DNA of 63,918 bases, filler included, from Candidatus Fermentibacterota bacterium (GTDB lineage: Bacteria; JAFGKV01), in assembly GCA_016928395.1 (NCBI GenBank). It is 7 parts of 7 records of this genome, joined end to end, with 100 filler letters (N's around TTAATTAATTAA, not from the genome) between each part and the next. Parts side by side here need not be neighbours in the genome. Positions count along the whole stretch, not along the records: positions 25,300 to 38,167 come from JAFGKV010000025.1; positions 38,268 to 41,770 come from JAFGKV010000182.1; 5 more parts are not named here. One strand, given 5' to 3'. Of the stretch, positions 27,973 to 38,409 are shown piece after piece. How positions within the stretch are numbered: the stretch's first letter is position 1; each line of letters begins with the position of its first letter. The notes below the pieces were generated by a model. It saw only the letters and a list, made by a program, of their open reading frames with translations, ran no database searches and was not told the origin of the DNA. Both the position numbers and the translations under genes were made by a program.

Positions 27973-29385
27973 TTAGGAAGAGGATGGCCGGGCGGCGGGC
28001 AGGGTTATTCCCGACGACTCCCGCACACCGTCGGCCAGCGTCTGCTTTCCCCCGGCTTCCAGGGCGCCTGACCTGATTCGCTGGAACACCCCTCTCAGCC
28101 ACTCCCGTTCCGCCGAAGGGCCCGGATCCAACCATTCCGCGTCGACGGACCGGATCCTTTCCAGGATATCAAGTACGCAGACGGCATGGGGGTCCGTCGC
28201 AGGCTGATAGCCGGTAGCTGCCTGCGGCATACTGATAGGAGCCAGCAAACCCACCGATGTGAGTCGCCGAACGGCTTCCCCCGCGACGCGTTCTGGGATC
28301 ATGAGATCCCGGGCCATCATCTCGGTGGTGGCTGGCGGCATCGATCCGAGAAAACGCCGCACCGCATAGAGCATGAGATGCACCGCCAAGAATTCCATGG
28401 CGCTCTGATTGACTCGCCGCAGGGCTTTCTCCTGCTGGTGTTCACGCATGTGCTGGGCGCGGTAGGATACGACTGCTCCGAGGAGAAAGATGAGCCAACT
28501 GAAGTAGATGCCAACCAGAATGACCAGGAGCAAGCCCAGACTTCCGTAGATAGTGGCATACCCCACCGCTCTGCGGAAATACAGCGCGGAAAGAAGGCTG
28601 TTGGCACGCCAGAGCGATCCTCCCACAATACCACCGGCTAATGCCGCGTAGACCCTGACCCTGGTATTGGGCAGCACAAGATAGAGCAAGCCGAAGACAA
28701 GCCACAACACCACCAGGTTGCTGGTGGCGTGCGGAATCACGTTGAGGATGGGAAGAGCGCCGAGTCTCTCGATACCCCACGAGGCCGAGGATCCCAGGCC
28801 GAGGAGAATCACCAATGGCCCCAGAGTCAAGGCTGTCCAATAGTACACCAAACGCTGGATGCGGCCGCGGCCGCGGGCTACTCCCCAGATATCATTCACC
28901 GCATTCTCGACCGATTCGATCAGGCGAACCCCCACAAAGAGCAGAAACAGCATACCCACAGCGCCCAACGCGCTGTAGTTGATGTTCTCGACGAAGGTCG
29001 TGATATCCTTGATGATACGCTCCCTGGCGGCATTGCTCCGCATGGGCAGCGCATCCGGCACGGTGGGGGGAGTCCCGACACTGTCCGCAAGGGATCCGGA
29101 AGGCACGTAGTCAAGTAGTGGAATAGCCGAGAAAAGGACCCGGTCTATGATCTTGGGAACCAAATCCTGGCTGGCGTCCCTAAGAAAGTTCTTGGAGATT
29201 GAAATGGTCACGGCGAGAAGCGGGACGATGGCGAGCACGCTGGCATAACTGAGAGCCGAGGCGCGCGTTGTGCACCGCATCTCGTCGAAATCACGATACA
29301 GCAAAAGGAAGAACTCTCCCACCGACTTGGCGACCACCGGGACCCGGGCGAGCAATCGCCTGATGGGGTCGAAGAAGCTCCTCAT
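27973..29385 (-). CDS. YihY/BrkB family membrane protein with C-terminal winged-helix-like extension
   Basis: RASALSYASVLAIVP; NDIWGV; YWTALTLGP; YGSLG..W..FLLGA; SD GGAGG. Confidence 0.85.
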   Translation of the reverse strand: MRSFFDPIRRLLARVPVVAKSVGEFFLLLYRDFDEMRCTTRASALSYASVLAIVPLLAVTISISKNFLRDASQDLVPKIIDRVLFSAIPLLDYVPSGSLADSVGTPPTVPDALPMRSNAARERIIKDITTFVENINYSALGAVGMLFLLFVGVRLIESVENAVNDIWGVARGRGRIQRLVYYWTALTLGPLVILLGLGSSASWGIERLGALPILNVIPHATSNLVVLWLVFGLLYLVLPNTRVRVYAALAGGIVGGSLWRANSLLSALYFRRAVGYATIYGSLGLLLVILVGIYFSWLIFLLGAVVSYRAQHMREHQQEKALRRVNQSAMEFLAVHLMLYAVRRFLGSMPPATTEMMARDLMIPERVAGEAVRRLTSVGLLAPISMPQAATGYQPATDPHAVCVLDILERIRSVDAEWLDPGPSAEREWLRGVFQRIRSGALEAGGKQTLADGVRESSGITLPAARPSSS

Positions 29386-29905
29386 AAACCATCTCCTCCC
29401 GGCCGGGCACGTAGAGCTGCCGGCGGGCGCTTCCGTCGTATGTCGCATGGCCAACCGCTCAAGTTGGCGAAGGCCACGGCGCCCCAGTTCCGTCTGGTTG
29501 GACCGTGATGGGGTGGGCATACAAGAAGGTGCTCTCTCGTGAATGCGTCAACGAAGCCGGCGACTGGCAGTCTACCGCCGAGGGGGTGAAGACCGAGGGG
29601 TGGCAGGGATGGGTGAAGAGACGGCGGGAGGAAACGACGGGTCTTTGTATGGATGGATGCGTGGAGTGAAGAAGAGGCCTAGTAGCCGGGGATCGCGTCT
29701 GAAGCCATTTGTACCGGCCGCCCGGTGCGGCTAGTTGCAGTGCGACCGCGAACGTCGTGCAAAGCTCGATCGTCCTCTTCTCTCTTCTTGATCCCTTGGT
29801 CTCCCCCTGCACCAAGGGTTGACGGGTCGTGCCACAAGGTCCACCTTGCATGGCCAAACAGCCTGCAAACAGCCAGATGCACACAAATCGAGGAGGTACT
29901 CAGAT

Positions 29906-31465
29906 TTGAACGCGGTGCCGGCGACATACCTTGACATACTCCTGTCTCGTAAGTGGTGGATGATGGCGGCAACGTTGCTGGCCGGGCTGGTGGCGGGGAT
30001 CTACAGCCTGACCTTGGAGGATCAGTATCGTGCGTCCGCGCGGCTGGTTGTTCTTGAACCCAGCGTCGAAAGCAAGACCGGTGGTTTCCACAATGTGACC
30101 AATACCGTCTACAGCGTCGATACCTACTCATCCATGCTCGGCTCACAGGAACTTCTCGCCGGCGTGGTACGGGATCTGGGATTGGACTTTCCTCCTGATC
30201 GCCTTACTCCTCAACGCCTTCGGTCTCGTCTATCCGTAGTACCCGTGAAAGATACGAAGCTCATCGAGCTTGGCGTCGTCTACCGTAACCCCGTCAGGGC
30301 CAAAGCAATCGTCAACACGGTGGCGGAACGCTTTGTCCAGCTCTATGGGGACTTGCGCACCACGGAGATCGAATCATCACAAGCCTTCATCAAGCAGCAA
30401 CTTGATCGGGCCGACGAGAGTTTCGCGCGGGTACAGGATTCATTGCAGGTTGCCCGAACGCATGGCCGAATAGACCAGTTGCAGCTTCGGCTCCAGCATC
30501 TGCTAGAGCAGTTGAAGATGTTTGAGACGGATTTGGAGGCGACCCGCGGCGACCTTGCACGGAACAGGGCTCGTCTAGCAGAACTGACCGCCCTCTTGAA
30601 ACACCTGCCAGAACAGTCCGTAGCGTCTACCCGTGCGGCGACTTCCACCGTCAAGGGAGCCGGCGCGGAAAATCCCGAACGCATCGTTTCGGACGCCAGG
30701 CAGCTCTTGGGCGGCCTGAACCTGGAACCACTCCACCAGAGTGCCGTCACCGAGGAGCAACGGGGCATGCTTGATCGCGCAGCGGTCGACGTGGCTGCCA
30801 TGCAGGTGGCCCTCGAAGAACTGCAGAATCCGCCCGGGCGCCGCCGACTCACGCCCCAGGAATGGAGCCAGCGGTACAGCCTTGTGGCCGAAGGGCTGGA
30901 CGCCCTCGCGAGTTTGTTCTCCGACCTGTCTACATCACTGGGCAGAGATGCCACCGTCCTTGTGCCCTCGCAGCGTCTGGGTGACTTGGCGGCGTCGGCT
31001 CGAGGCGATCTCTCCCAGGAAACTCATGAGGAGCAGAGGGTGGCCAACCCGTTGCGTACGTCTTTGCTCCGTGACGAGGCGGAAACTCAGGTTGCGCTGC
31101 GGGGATACGAGGCAAAGGAGAGCCAGCTCGTCAAGGTGGTCCGGTCCATTACTGCCGAGATCCGCGATGTGGAAGACCGCCTGTACCGAGGAATGCGAGA
31201 GGTCCAGGCCCTGGAGGAAGAGAGCAAGGTGGCGGCCAATCTGATGGGCATACTCACCGAGAAGTACGATCAATCGCGTATCGAGGTGGCCGCGAAACTG
31301 GGGAGCATGACGCTGTTCGATCCAGCCCTCATCCCCGAAAGGCGAATCGGGCCTCAACGCAAGTTGAATGTTGTGCTCGGCATGCTCTTGGGATTCTCTC
31401 TGGCGTCGGCCGTCACCCTGGCGGGGGCCTTTGTGGGTCACGAGAGCGGCCTGCCGAGTTCCTGA
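29906..31465 (+). CDS. Wzz/GumC-like polysaccharide co-polymerase (no kinase domain)
   Basis: N-terminal TM plus YRASARL, long coiled coil, DPALIPERRIGPQRKLNV plus TM; TTG start after GAGGAGG. Confidence 0.8.
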   Translation: MNAVPATYLDILLSRKWWMMAATLLAGLVAGIYSLTLEDQYRASARLVVLEPSVESKTGGFHNVTNTVYSVDTYSSMLGSQELLAGVVRDLGLDFPPDRLTPQRLRSRLSVVPVKDTKLIELGVVYRNPVRAKAIVNTVAERFVQLYGDLRTTEIESSQAFIKQQLDRADESFARVQDSLQVARTHGRIDQLQLRLQHLLEQLKMFETDLEATRGDLARNRARLAELTALLKHLPEQSVASTRAATSTVKGAGAENPERIVSDARQLLGGLNLEPLHQSAVTEEQRGMLDRAAVDVAAMQVALEELQNPPGRRRLTPQEWSQRYSLVAEGLDALASLFSDLSTSLGRDATVLVPSQRLGDLAASARGDLSQETHEEQRVANPLRTSLLRDEAETQVALRGYEAKESQLVKVVRSITAEIRDVEDRLYRGMREVQALEEESKVAANLMGILTEKYDQSRIEVAAKLGSMTLFDPALIPERRIGPQRKLNVVLGMLLGFSLASAVTLAGAFVGHESGLPSS

Positions 31466-31488
31466 CTCCAGAGACTGGCCCGGTTTCG

Positions 31489-32229
31489 GTGAGTACCGAG
31501 GCGGATTCACCACTTCTTGCCATTGCCGATGACCTCACCGTCGGCCTGCGGTATCTTCATTTCTCCCATCCGGTAGCGTGCATCTACAACCCCTTGGAGT
31601 ATGCCCGGGAGGGCTACCGCGCCTATGTCATCCGTTTCGGTGCCCCTCCCAAGGAGACGCTGATTCTGGGGATGAATCCTGGCCCGTGGGGCATGGCGCA
31701 GACAGGGGTCCCCTTCGGCGAGGTTCATCATGTACGCGAATGGCTGGGCATCGACGAAATCGTGGGGCGCCCTGCGAATGAGCTGCCGTCTCGACCTGTC
31801 CACGGATTCTCGTGCCCGCGCAGCGAAGTGAGCGGTGCCAGGGTATGGGGGTGGGCCCGAGACGCCTTCGAAACGCCTGAACGATTCTTTGCTCACCATT
31901 TCGTGGGCAACTACTGCCCCCTGATCTTCTTTGATAAGACCGGCCGTAACCTCACTCCTGACCGGCTCAAGGCCGCGGAGAAGGAGAGGCTCTTCGCGGC
32001 ATGCGATGCCGCTCTGCGTCGTACGATCCTTCACCTGCGGGCGTGCAGGGTCGTCGCTTTGGGGCGCTTCGCCTTTTCGCGAGCCCTGGATGCCGCCTCG
32101 GGTATGGGTCTCGACGTACTGTCGGTTCCACACCCCAGCCCCGCCAACCCGGCGGCCAACAGAGGGTGGGCAACGCTCATGTCCGCGGCGTTTTCTGCGG
32201 GCCGACGCCCTCCTCCCGTTGCTCCTTGA
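31489..32229 (+). CDS. SMUG1-type (family 3) uracil-DNA glycosylase
   Basis: YNPLEYA, GMNPGPWGMAQTGVPFG, RSEVSG, NYCPL, HPSPANP. Confidence 0.92.
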   Translation: MSTEADSPLLAIADDLTVGLRYLHFSHPVACIYNPLEYAREGYRAYVIRFGAPPKETLILGMNPGPWGMAQTGVPFGEVHHVREWLGIDEIVGRPANELPSRPVHGFSCPRSEVSGARVWGWARDAFETPERFFAHHFVGNYCPLIFFDKTGRNLTPDRLKAAEKERLFAACDAALRRTILHLRACRVVALGRFAFSRALDAASGMGLDVLSVPHPSPANPAANRGWATLMSAAFSAGRRPPPVAP

Positions 32230-33580
32230 GCCCGTATTTGCGCATTTTGTAGCGCAGCATCCGCTCACTCAAGCCTAATCGTTGGGCGGCCTTCGTCTGG
32301 ACGAATGCCGCGTCGGCGAGGGCTCGCCGGATCATGGATTGCTCCACTGACTGGAGTACGTCCCGCAGCCGGCCTTCCGATTCAACTGCAGGGGTCTCTC
32401 CGGGCCGCAGGTAGAGCGGCAGATCCTCCACCCTCAGCATGTCGCCCCGGGTCAGGACCACCGCTCGTTCAACGACATTCTCCAATTCCCTGACATTGCC
32501 GGGAAAGGTGTACTGGTAGAGGGCGGAGAAGAACTCCCGGCTGAAACCTTTCACCTTCTTCCTATTGGCCTTGGCGTGCCTCGCGAGGAAATGTTCGATG
32601 AGCGCCGCAAGGTCCTCTTTTCGCTCCCGAAGAGGGGGCAAAGCGACCATGACGACATTCAGACGCCAGTAGAGGTCTTCTCTGAATCGGCCTTGTTTCA
32701 TAAGGTCTTCCAGGTTGCGGTTCGTGGCAGCCAGTATTCGTACGTCCGCAGTCGTGGGTCGGCTGCTTCCCACGCGCTCGAATGTGTGGTCCTGCAGAAA
32801 ACGCAGCAACTTGACCTGGGTGCCCAGGGGGATATCGCCGATCTCATCAAGAAAGAGCGAGCCGCCCTCAGCGGCCTCGAACCGCCCTACCCGCGCGCGT
32901 TCGGCACCGGTGAATGCACCTTTCTCGTGACCAAACAGCTCGGCTTCCAGCAGGGTTTCGGGCAGGGCCGCGCAGTTCACCGCCACAAAGGGCTTCGTTG
33001 CCCGGGGGCTCTGCAGATGCATGGCCCGGGCCACCAGTTCCTTGCCGGTGCCACTTTCCCCCGTGACAAGCACCGTGGCAGAACTCGGCGCCGCGCGGAC
33101 TATGAGGCTGAACACTTCCTGCATCCTGGGCGAGTTACCGATGATGCCGCTCATGGAGTAACGCTCTCTCAGTTGCTCCCGGAGCAGCATATTCTCCTCT
33201 CGAAGCCGGCGGTTTCCCGCCGCCTGGCCGACCGCCACCAGGAGCTCTTCCAGATCAACGGGTTTTCGGAGGTAGCCGTAGGCCCCTCCCTTCACGGCCT
33301 GAATGGCTGTCTCCACGGTGGCATAGGCCGTGACTACTATGACCTGCAGCTTTGGATCGATTTCCCGGCTTCGCCGGAGTAGTTCCACCCCGTCGACTCC
33401 GGGGAGACGCATGTCGGTGATCACGACATCGAAACGTAGGTGCTGCATGGCCTCCATCAACTCTTCTGCCGATCCAAAGCCCTCCGCCGCATACCCACCG
33501 TCCTCAAGGGATTCGATCATCATCCTTCGCTGGATCGGCTCATCCTCCACCACGGCAATTCGGGCGCCCTGGGTACTCAT
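32177..33580 (-). CDS. sigma54-dependent response regulator (NtrC/ZraR-like)
   Basis: REC domain, GESGTGKE, GAFTGA, Fis HTH (KAAQRLGLSERMLRYKM). Confidence 0.95.
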   Translation of the reverse strand: MSTQGARIAVVEDEPIQRRMMIESLEDGGYAAEGFGSAEELMEAMQHLRFDVVITDMRLPGVDGVELLRRSREIDPKLQVIVVTAYATVETAIQAVKGGAYGYLRKPVDLEELLVAVGQAAGNRRLREENMLLREQLRERYSMSGIIGNSPRMQEVFSLIVRAAPSSATVLVTGESGTGKELVARAMHLQSPRATKPFVAVNCAALPETLLEAELFGHEKGAFTGAERARVGRFEAAEGGSLFLDEIGDIPLGTQVKLLRFLQDHTFERVGSSRPTTADVRILAATNRNLEDLMKQGRFREDLYWRLNVVMVALPPLRERKEDLAALIEHFLARHAKANRKKVKGFSREFFSALYQYTFPGNVRELENVVERAVVLTRGDMLRVEDLPLYLRPGETPAVESEGRLRDVLQSVEQSMIRRALADAAFVQTKAAQRLGLSERMLRYKMRKYGLKEQREEGVGPQKTPRT

Positions 33581-35301
33581 TGGGTGCTTTCCTTGTGCGA
33601 GAGGGGCAGCCTGATCTGAACCATCGCACCGCCTTCTTCGCGGTTGGCGACGTGCAGGCTCCCTCCGTGGTCTTGTGCAACTCGGCGGGCAAGGGTAAGC
33701 CCCAGGCCTAGACCTCGCTGCTTGGTGCTATAGAAGGCCTCGATTCCTTTCGTCCGTGCCTCCTCACTGAATCCGGCGCCGCTGTCTTTCACTGTAATGC
33801 ATGCGAATCCGTGACGCATCTCGAGAGCAATCGCCACAGTGCTTCCCGTGGGTGCCGCCGCAAGAGCATTCCGAACGAGATTGCCCACCGCCTGGTGAAG
33901 CCGGTCAGCATCAGCCCCGATGCTGACCGATGCGGAGGAATCAAGAGCCACATTGATCCCACGGTCCTCCGCTTCCGACCTGTAGAGCATGACAACCCGT
34001 TCGAGCAGATCCCGAAGATCCACCGTCTTCTTGGTCGAGGAGGGGGCGCGCGCCAGGTCGACGATAGTCTCCACCGTTCGGTCAAGTCTCGCGATCTCGC
34101 GGCGCATCAACACGGAGAGCTCTTCCACGTTGCCTTCGCCTTGCCCGGTTGCCCGACTCAAGCGCTGTGCCATGAGGCCCAAGGAGTTGAGAGGATTACG
34201 GATCTCGTGAGCAACGCCCGCAGCCATGCGCCCTAAGTCTGCCAAACGCTCCTGTTGGTAGAGGGAATCCCGCATGGCATCCATCCTGGTGCGGTGACGT
34301 CGTTCCATGGTGAAGACGGCCAGCAATCCGCTCACACCGATCATGGATGCGGCTGCGGACAATACTATCAGGTTCCGTCGTGCCGTCGAGAGTATTTGGC
34401 GAGCATCTTCGGTGGTCAACGCGATATGCAGAGTCCCTGCGCCATCAGTCCCCATCGGGAATGGTTCACTGACGACCAAGAGCCTGGCGCCAGGGTCAGG
34501 AGCTTCCCACGCGGTGCCGATGCGCCCACGATCCGTAGCGAAAAGGATCAATCCCTGGGCGTCGGTGAGGGCGATATCGCGGACTTTCTTGGTGAGCGCG
34601 AGGTTCTCCAGCAGAGATTGGAAGGATTCGAAATCAAGGGTACGGCGGGTGAGGTCAGGGCTGGCTCTGAGAAAGACAAAGCCTCCGAAAGAACGACGTC
34701 GTGCATATCCCACTGGCGCAGGGCCTGTCCTTCTCCACCCGTGATGCCAGCGCCACATGTCGAAGGCGCGGTCTTTATCGCCTGAACGTTTCATCTGGGC
34801 CAGGAGGCCAATGAGCGGCCCACACGCCTCCGGACAGGACGCTGATCCTGGCTCCCGTGGCGGGCCGGCATGCCATCGGGGCTTGATTCCCCGCCCAGGC
34901 GGCAGGCCGTCGGTCCACACCAAGGGACGCAATGCATCATCGTACAGCGCCACAACGTCAAGGTCCTCCCGCTGGCTGAGCTCAGCAATGAGGGGACCAT
35001 CCCGGCCTGGGTTGCCTGTCAGCACAGTATCCAGCCATGCCGCGTGCATCTTGAGTCTTTCGAGAAGCCCGTCCTGGGAAGCACGGACGCGGCGAAGCCC
35101 GTGGAGGGTGCTGGCCTGTATGCTGGCGGCTAGATGGGTGCCTTCCTCAGAGAGGAGTGCGTAGGCGTGGCGCTGAGTAAGCGTCCACAGCAAGAGCCCC
35201 AAAGCCCAAATCACTACAAGCACCAAGGCCAGGATCACCGCCGGGTAGCGCCACCGGCCGGTCATTCTGGCTTTGACTATCTGGGTCGGTCTCGTGGTCA
35301 T
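33577..35301 (-). CDS. Membrane sensor histidine kinase (ZraS-like)
   Basis: Two TMs, AHEIRNPL, N box, DSGAG, FYSTK..GLGLGL. Confidence 0.9.
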   Translation of the reverse strand: MTTRPTQIVKARMTGRWRYPAVILALVLVVIWALGLLLWTLTQRHAYALLSEEGTHLAASIQASTLHGLRRVRASQDGLLERLKMHAAWLDTVLTGNPGRDGPLIAELSQREDLDVVALYDDALRPLVWTDGLPPGRGIKPRWHAGPPREPGSASCPEACGPLIGLLAQMKRSGDKDRAFDMWRWHHGWRRTGPAPVGYARRRSFGGFVFLRASPDLTRRTLDFESFQSLLENLALTKKVRDIALTDAQGLILFATDRGRIGTAWEAPDPGARLLVVSEPFPMGTDGAGTLHIALTTEDARQILSTARRNLIVLSAAASMIGVSGLLAVFTMERRHRTRMDAMRDSLYQQERLADLGRMAAGVAHEIRNPLNSLGLMAQRLSRATGQGEGNVEELSVLMRREIARLDRTVETIVDLARAPSSTKKTVDLRDLLERVVMLYRSEAEDRGINVALDSSASVSIGADADRLHQAVGNLVRNALAAAPTGSTVAIALEMRHGFACITVKDSGAGFSEEARTKGIEAFYSTKQRGLGLGLTLARRVAQDHGGSLHVANREEGGAMVQIRLPLSHKESTQ

Positions 35302-35344
35302 GCAGTTCGAGCGCGGGGGCGAGCGGCGCTCGCCCCCGTCAGAG

Positions 35345-35863
35345 CTACTTCATCGAGCGCCCCGGCCGGCTTTGGGGTGCGCACTGCATCCCTCTGCCCA
35401 TGCGGGATCCGCCCATGTTCGATCCATCCATGGGGCCGCAACCCATACCACAGGCCCCGGCCATCATGTGACAGCCAGCTCGCATGCCCTCAGGCAGATC
35501 CTTCCTGATCTTCAGCATGTGCTGCAAGCCCTTCTTCGCGATCTCACCGCGAAGATCATGGATCTCCTGGTGAAGCTTCAGGATGTCTGCGTCCTTTGAA
35601 TCGGACGAACTCATCAAGAGACGCAGCCGTTCGGCTTTCTCGAATAGCTGAGCACGCTGCGTGATGGTGTCTTCCTGGAAGAGACGGCGCTGATCCTGGA
35701 TTTTCGCCCGAACCTCGGCGGTCACTTCAGAGAAATCGCCCCACCCTGGGCCCATGCCCATGTCACACCCACCACGGCCGCCCCGGGGGCCGCGGGCATC
35801 CGCCGTGGCGGCCATCGAGGCCACCAGGGCTGCCATGAGAAGAATCAAGGTCGTGCGTTTCAT
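35345..35863 (-). CDS. Periplasmic Spy/CpxP/ZraP-like protein
   Basis: Signal peptide, Gly/Met/Cys-rich ends, helical core; SD AAGGAGGT. Confidence 0.8.
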   Translation of the reverse strand: MKRTTLILLMAALVASMAATADARGPRGGRGGCDMGMGPGWGDFSEVTAEVRAKIQDQRRLFQEDTITQRAQLFEKAERLRLLMSSSDSKDADILKLHQEIHDLRGEIAKKGLQHMLKIRKDLPEGMRAGCHMMAGACGMGCGPMDGSNMGGSRMGRGMQCAPQSRPGRSMK

Positions 35864-35941
35864 TACTAGACCTCCTTCGCGGTACAACTTCGCACACGAC
35901 ACGTTACGCGCAACCGTATCATCGGTTGCACAACCCTTCCA

Positions 35942-35957
35942 TGCAATGACCGTGCCA
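35942..35957 (-). promoter_or_regulatory. sigma54 promoter of the zraP-like operon
   Basis: TGGCACGGTCATTGCA, near consensus. Confidence 0.85.
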
Positions 35958-36047
35958 TGGGAAGTACTGCATGATCTCTCGAACTGGTAACCATTGTCCC
36001 GCAAGAGATTATCTCCTGATGTTCCGCGGGGAGCATCGAACTCAGTC

Positions 36048-36061
36048 CGACAGATTTGTCG
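36048..36061. promoter_or_regulatory. Candidate enhancer (UAS) for the sigma54 activator
   Basis: CGACA-GATT-TGTCG palindrome about 90-100 bp upstream of the -24 box; a related site lies near 36100. Confidence 0.45.
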
Positions 36062-36194
36062 ATCCGTGTCTCTGCCGAACGGCCATCGGGAGGCAGTATC
36101 GACATTCATTGCCGCCATTGGGTGGACTGCCGGTCCGTCTCGACGGTCGGGGCTGCATTGTGTTCCGCCCGACTCCATACTAACCTCCCCGCCC

Positions 36195-37112
36195 ATGAAT
36201 GATCACCACCCCATAGAAGCACGCAGGCTCACCAAACGGTACGGGACCCTTACCGCGGTGGATGCTATCGACTTCGAAGTCGAGCACGGCCAGTGCGTCG
36301 GGTTCCTCGGGCCCAATGGCGCCGGCAAGACCACCACGGTCAAGATGATAGCGGGCTTCTCCCCTATCACCGCGGGACGCGTCCTCGTGTTCGGTGTGGA
36401 TGTCTCCGCCAATCCGCGGGATGTGAAACGTCAGATCGGCGTCTGCCCCCAGGAAGACAATCTCGATCCCGATTTCTCGGTGATGAAGAACCTGCTGGTA
36501 TTTGCCCGCTACTTCAACATGCCGTCGTCCGTATCCGCCACTCGAGCGAACGAGTTGCTGGAGTTCCTTCATCTCAGCGACAAACGGGATGCCAAGATCG
36601 ACGAACTCTCCGGCGGCATGAAGCGGCGGCTGCTTCTGGCCAGGGCCCTGCTGAACACGCCTCGGCTTCTGCTCTTGGACGAGCCGACCACCGGCCTGGA
36701 CCCCCAGGCGCGCCATCTCATCTGGCAGAGGGTCCGCACCCTCCGTGATGGCGGCGCCACCGTCCTTCTCACGACCCACTACATGGAAGAGGCCAGTCAG
36801 CTCTGTGACCGGGTTATCATGATGGACGCCGGTAGGATTCTGTTGGAAGGAAGACCAGACGAACTGGTGGCGAGGGAGGTGGGCCGTGAGGTGATCGAGC
36901 TGTGGAAGACGACACCGGAGGTGACTGCTTTCGTGCGTGGGTCCGGATGGGCATTCGAGCAGGTCGAAGACCGCATCATTATCCGAGACCAACAGGGTGG
37001 CCAGGTGTCACGGCTCATCGAAGAACGATTCCCCACCCAGGCTCGGCTCATCCGTGGCGCAACCCTGGAGGATGTGTTTCTCATCCGAACGGGCAGGGCG
37101 CTCAAGGAGTAG
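36195..37112 (+). CDS. ABC transporter ATP-binding protein (NodI-like)
   Basis: GPNGAGKTT, PQEDNLDPDF, LSGGMKRR, LDEPTTGLDPQARHLIW. Confidence 0.9.
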   Translation: MNDHHPIEARRLTKRYGTLTAVDAIDFEVEHGQCVGFLGPNGAGKTTTVKMIAGFSPITAGRVLVFGVDVSANPRDVKRQIGVCPQEDNLDPDFSVMKNLLVFARYFNMPSSVSATRANELLEFLHLSDKRDAKIDELSGGMKRRLLLARALLNTPRLLLLDEPTTGLDPQARHLIWQRVRTLRDGGATVLLTTHYMEEASQLCDRVIMMDAGRILLEGRPDELVAREVGREVIELWKTTPEVTAFVRGSGWAFEQVEDRIIIRDQQGGQVSRLIEERFPTQARLIRGATLEDVFLIRTGRALKE

Positions 37113-37116
37113 TCCG

Positions 37117-37914
37117 GTGGGTGTCTGGAGAACTGTTTTCGGCAATGTGTCCCATCGCGCCATACGAGTCTGGCAGCGAAACGCGGACGTGTGGGCCACG
37201 ACGTGGCTGGTGAACTTCATTCCCCCCCTCTTCGAGCCGATCCTCTATGTGCTTGCCTTTGGTATGGGCATGGGAAGCCTCATCGGCACGGTGGTCTACG
37301 GGGGAACCGAAATCCCGTATCTGCGATTCATGATTCCCGGCGTCATCTCGGTGGCCATCATGTTCTGGTCATACTTCGAGACCACTTATGCCTCGTTTGT
37401 GCGCATGTACTACCAGCGCACCTTCGACGCCATCATGGCCACACCGCTTCTGGCTGAGGATGTGATCGCCGGTGAGTGGATCTGGGGCGCGACCAAGGCC
37501 GTTATGGCGGCGACGGTCATGCTGGTCATCGTCGGCGCATTCGGCTTGGTGGCCTTCCCCCAGGGCCTGCTCATCGTTCCCCTGTCGGCCCTCGGGGGTC
37601 TGCTCTTCTCGGCATTGGGCCTCGTCACCACGGCCCTGGCCCCGCGCATCGATCATTTCAATATCCCCAGCTTCCTTATCATCTTCCCCATGTTCCTGTT
37701 CAGCGGCACCTTCTTCCCCATCGACGTGCTCCCCCAGTGGGCCACGCACGTGGCTCTGGCACTCCCGCTCACCCACGTCTCCTTCCTCGTTCGGGCCCTC
37801 TGTCTCGGCCGACCTGCCCCCCTGTGGCCCTGGCATCTTCTCTATCTCACACTCGGCTCGCTCGTCGCGGGCGGCCTTGCCATCGTGCTCATGCGCCGAC
37901 GTCTAGTGAGGTGA
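37117..37914 (+). CDS. ABC-2 permease (NodJ-like)
   Basis: RVWQRN, EPILY, RMYYQRTFDAIMATPL, PMFLFSGTFFP. Confidence 0.9.
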   Translation: MGVWRTVFGNVSHRAIRVWQRNADVWATTWLVNFIPPLFEPILYVLAFGMGMGSLIGTVVYGGTEIPYLRFMIPGVISVAIMFWSYFETTYASFVRMYYQRTFDAIMATPLLAEDVIAGEWIWGATKAVMAATVMLVIVGAFGLVAFPQGLLIVPLSALGGLLFSALGLVTTALAPRIDHFNIPSFLIIFPMFLFSGTFFPIDVLPQWATHVALALPLTHVSFLVRALCLGRPAPLWPWHLLYLTLGSLVAGGLAIVLMRRRLVR

Positions 37915-38167
37915 TGTCGAAACGCTCAATGATTGATTGATAATGCCTTACGCCACGAGACCTAAGAGATTACCTTAGGCTTTCCCATGCCGGACGCAGC
38001 CACGAACCCACTGGCCTCCCTCCCTGTGTTTTCCACTCACTGCTCTCGCGCGGAGCACGGCCTCCGTCACTATTCTCACATTAGAATAGTGATGGCGATC
38101 GACGCTCAGCGGGTGGTCTTCCACGCCCATCGTTCCGCCGGGCAAAGACCCGTATTCTGCGAGACGA

Positions 38168-38267
38168 NNNNNNNNNNNNNNNNNNNNNNNNNNNNNNNNN
38201 NNNNNNNNNNNTTAATTAATTAANNNNNNNNNNNNNNNNNNNNNNNNNNNNNNNNNNNNNNNNNNNN
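38168..38267. other. Artificial contig spacer
   Basis: N run containing TTAATTAATTAA. Confidence 0.99.
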
Positions 38268-38284
38268 CCACCGTCAAGTCCCTC

Positions 38285-38339
38285 CTTTGCGTGCTTTGCG
38301 GCTTTGCGTGAGATTCCTTTCGTGCTTCGTGCTTCGGAT
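38285..38339. repeat. Short tandem repeats (CTTTGCG x3; TTCGTGC-like x3)
   Basis: Direct reading of the sequence. Confidence 0.7.
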
Positions 38340-38409
38340 TGCCGCGCAGGGGCCAACTGCCGCCCTCTTCACTTCTTCACGTGCCGCTTCGCGTGAGGCG
38401 TAGCCGTCT

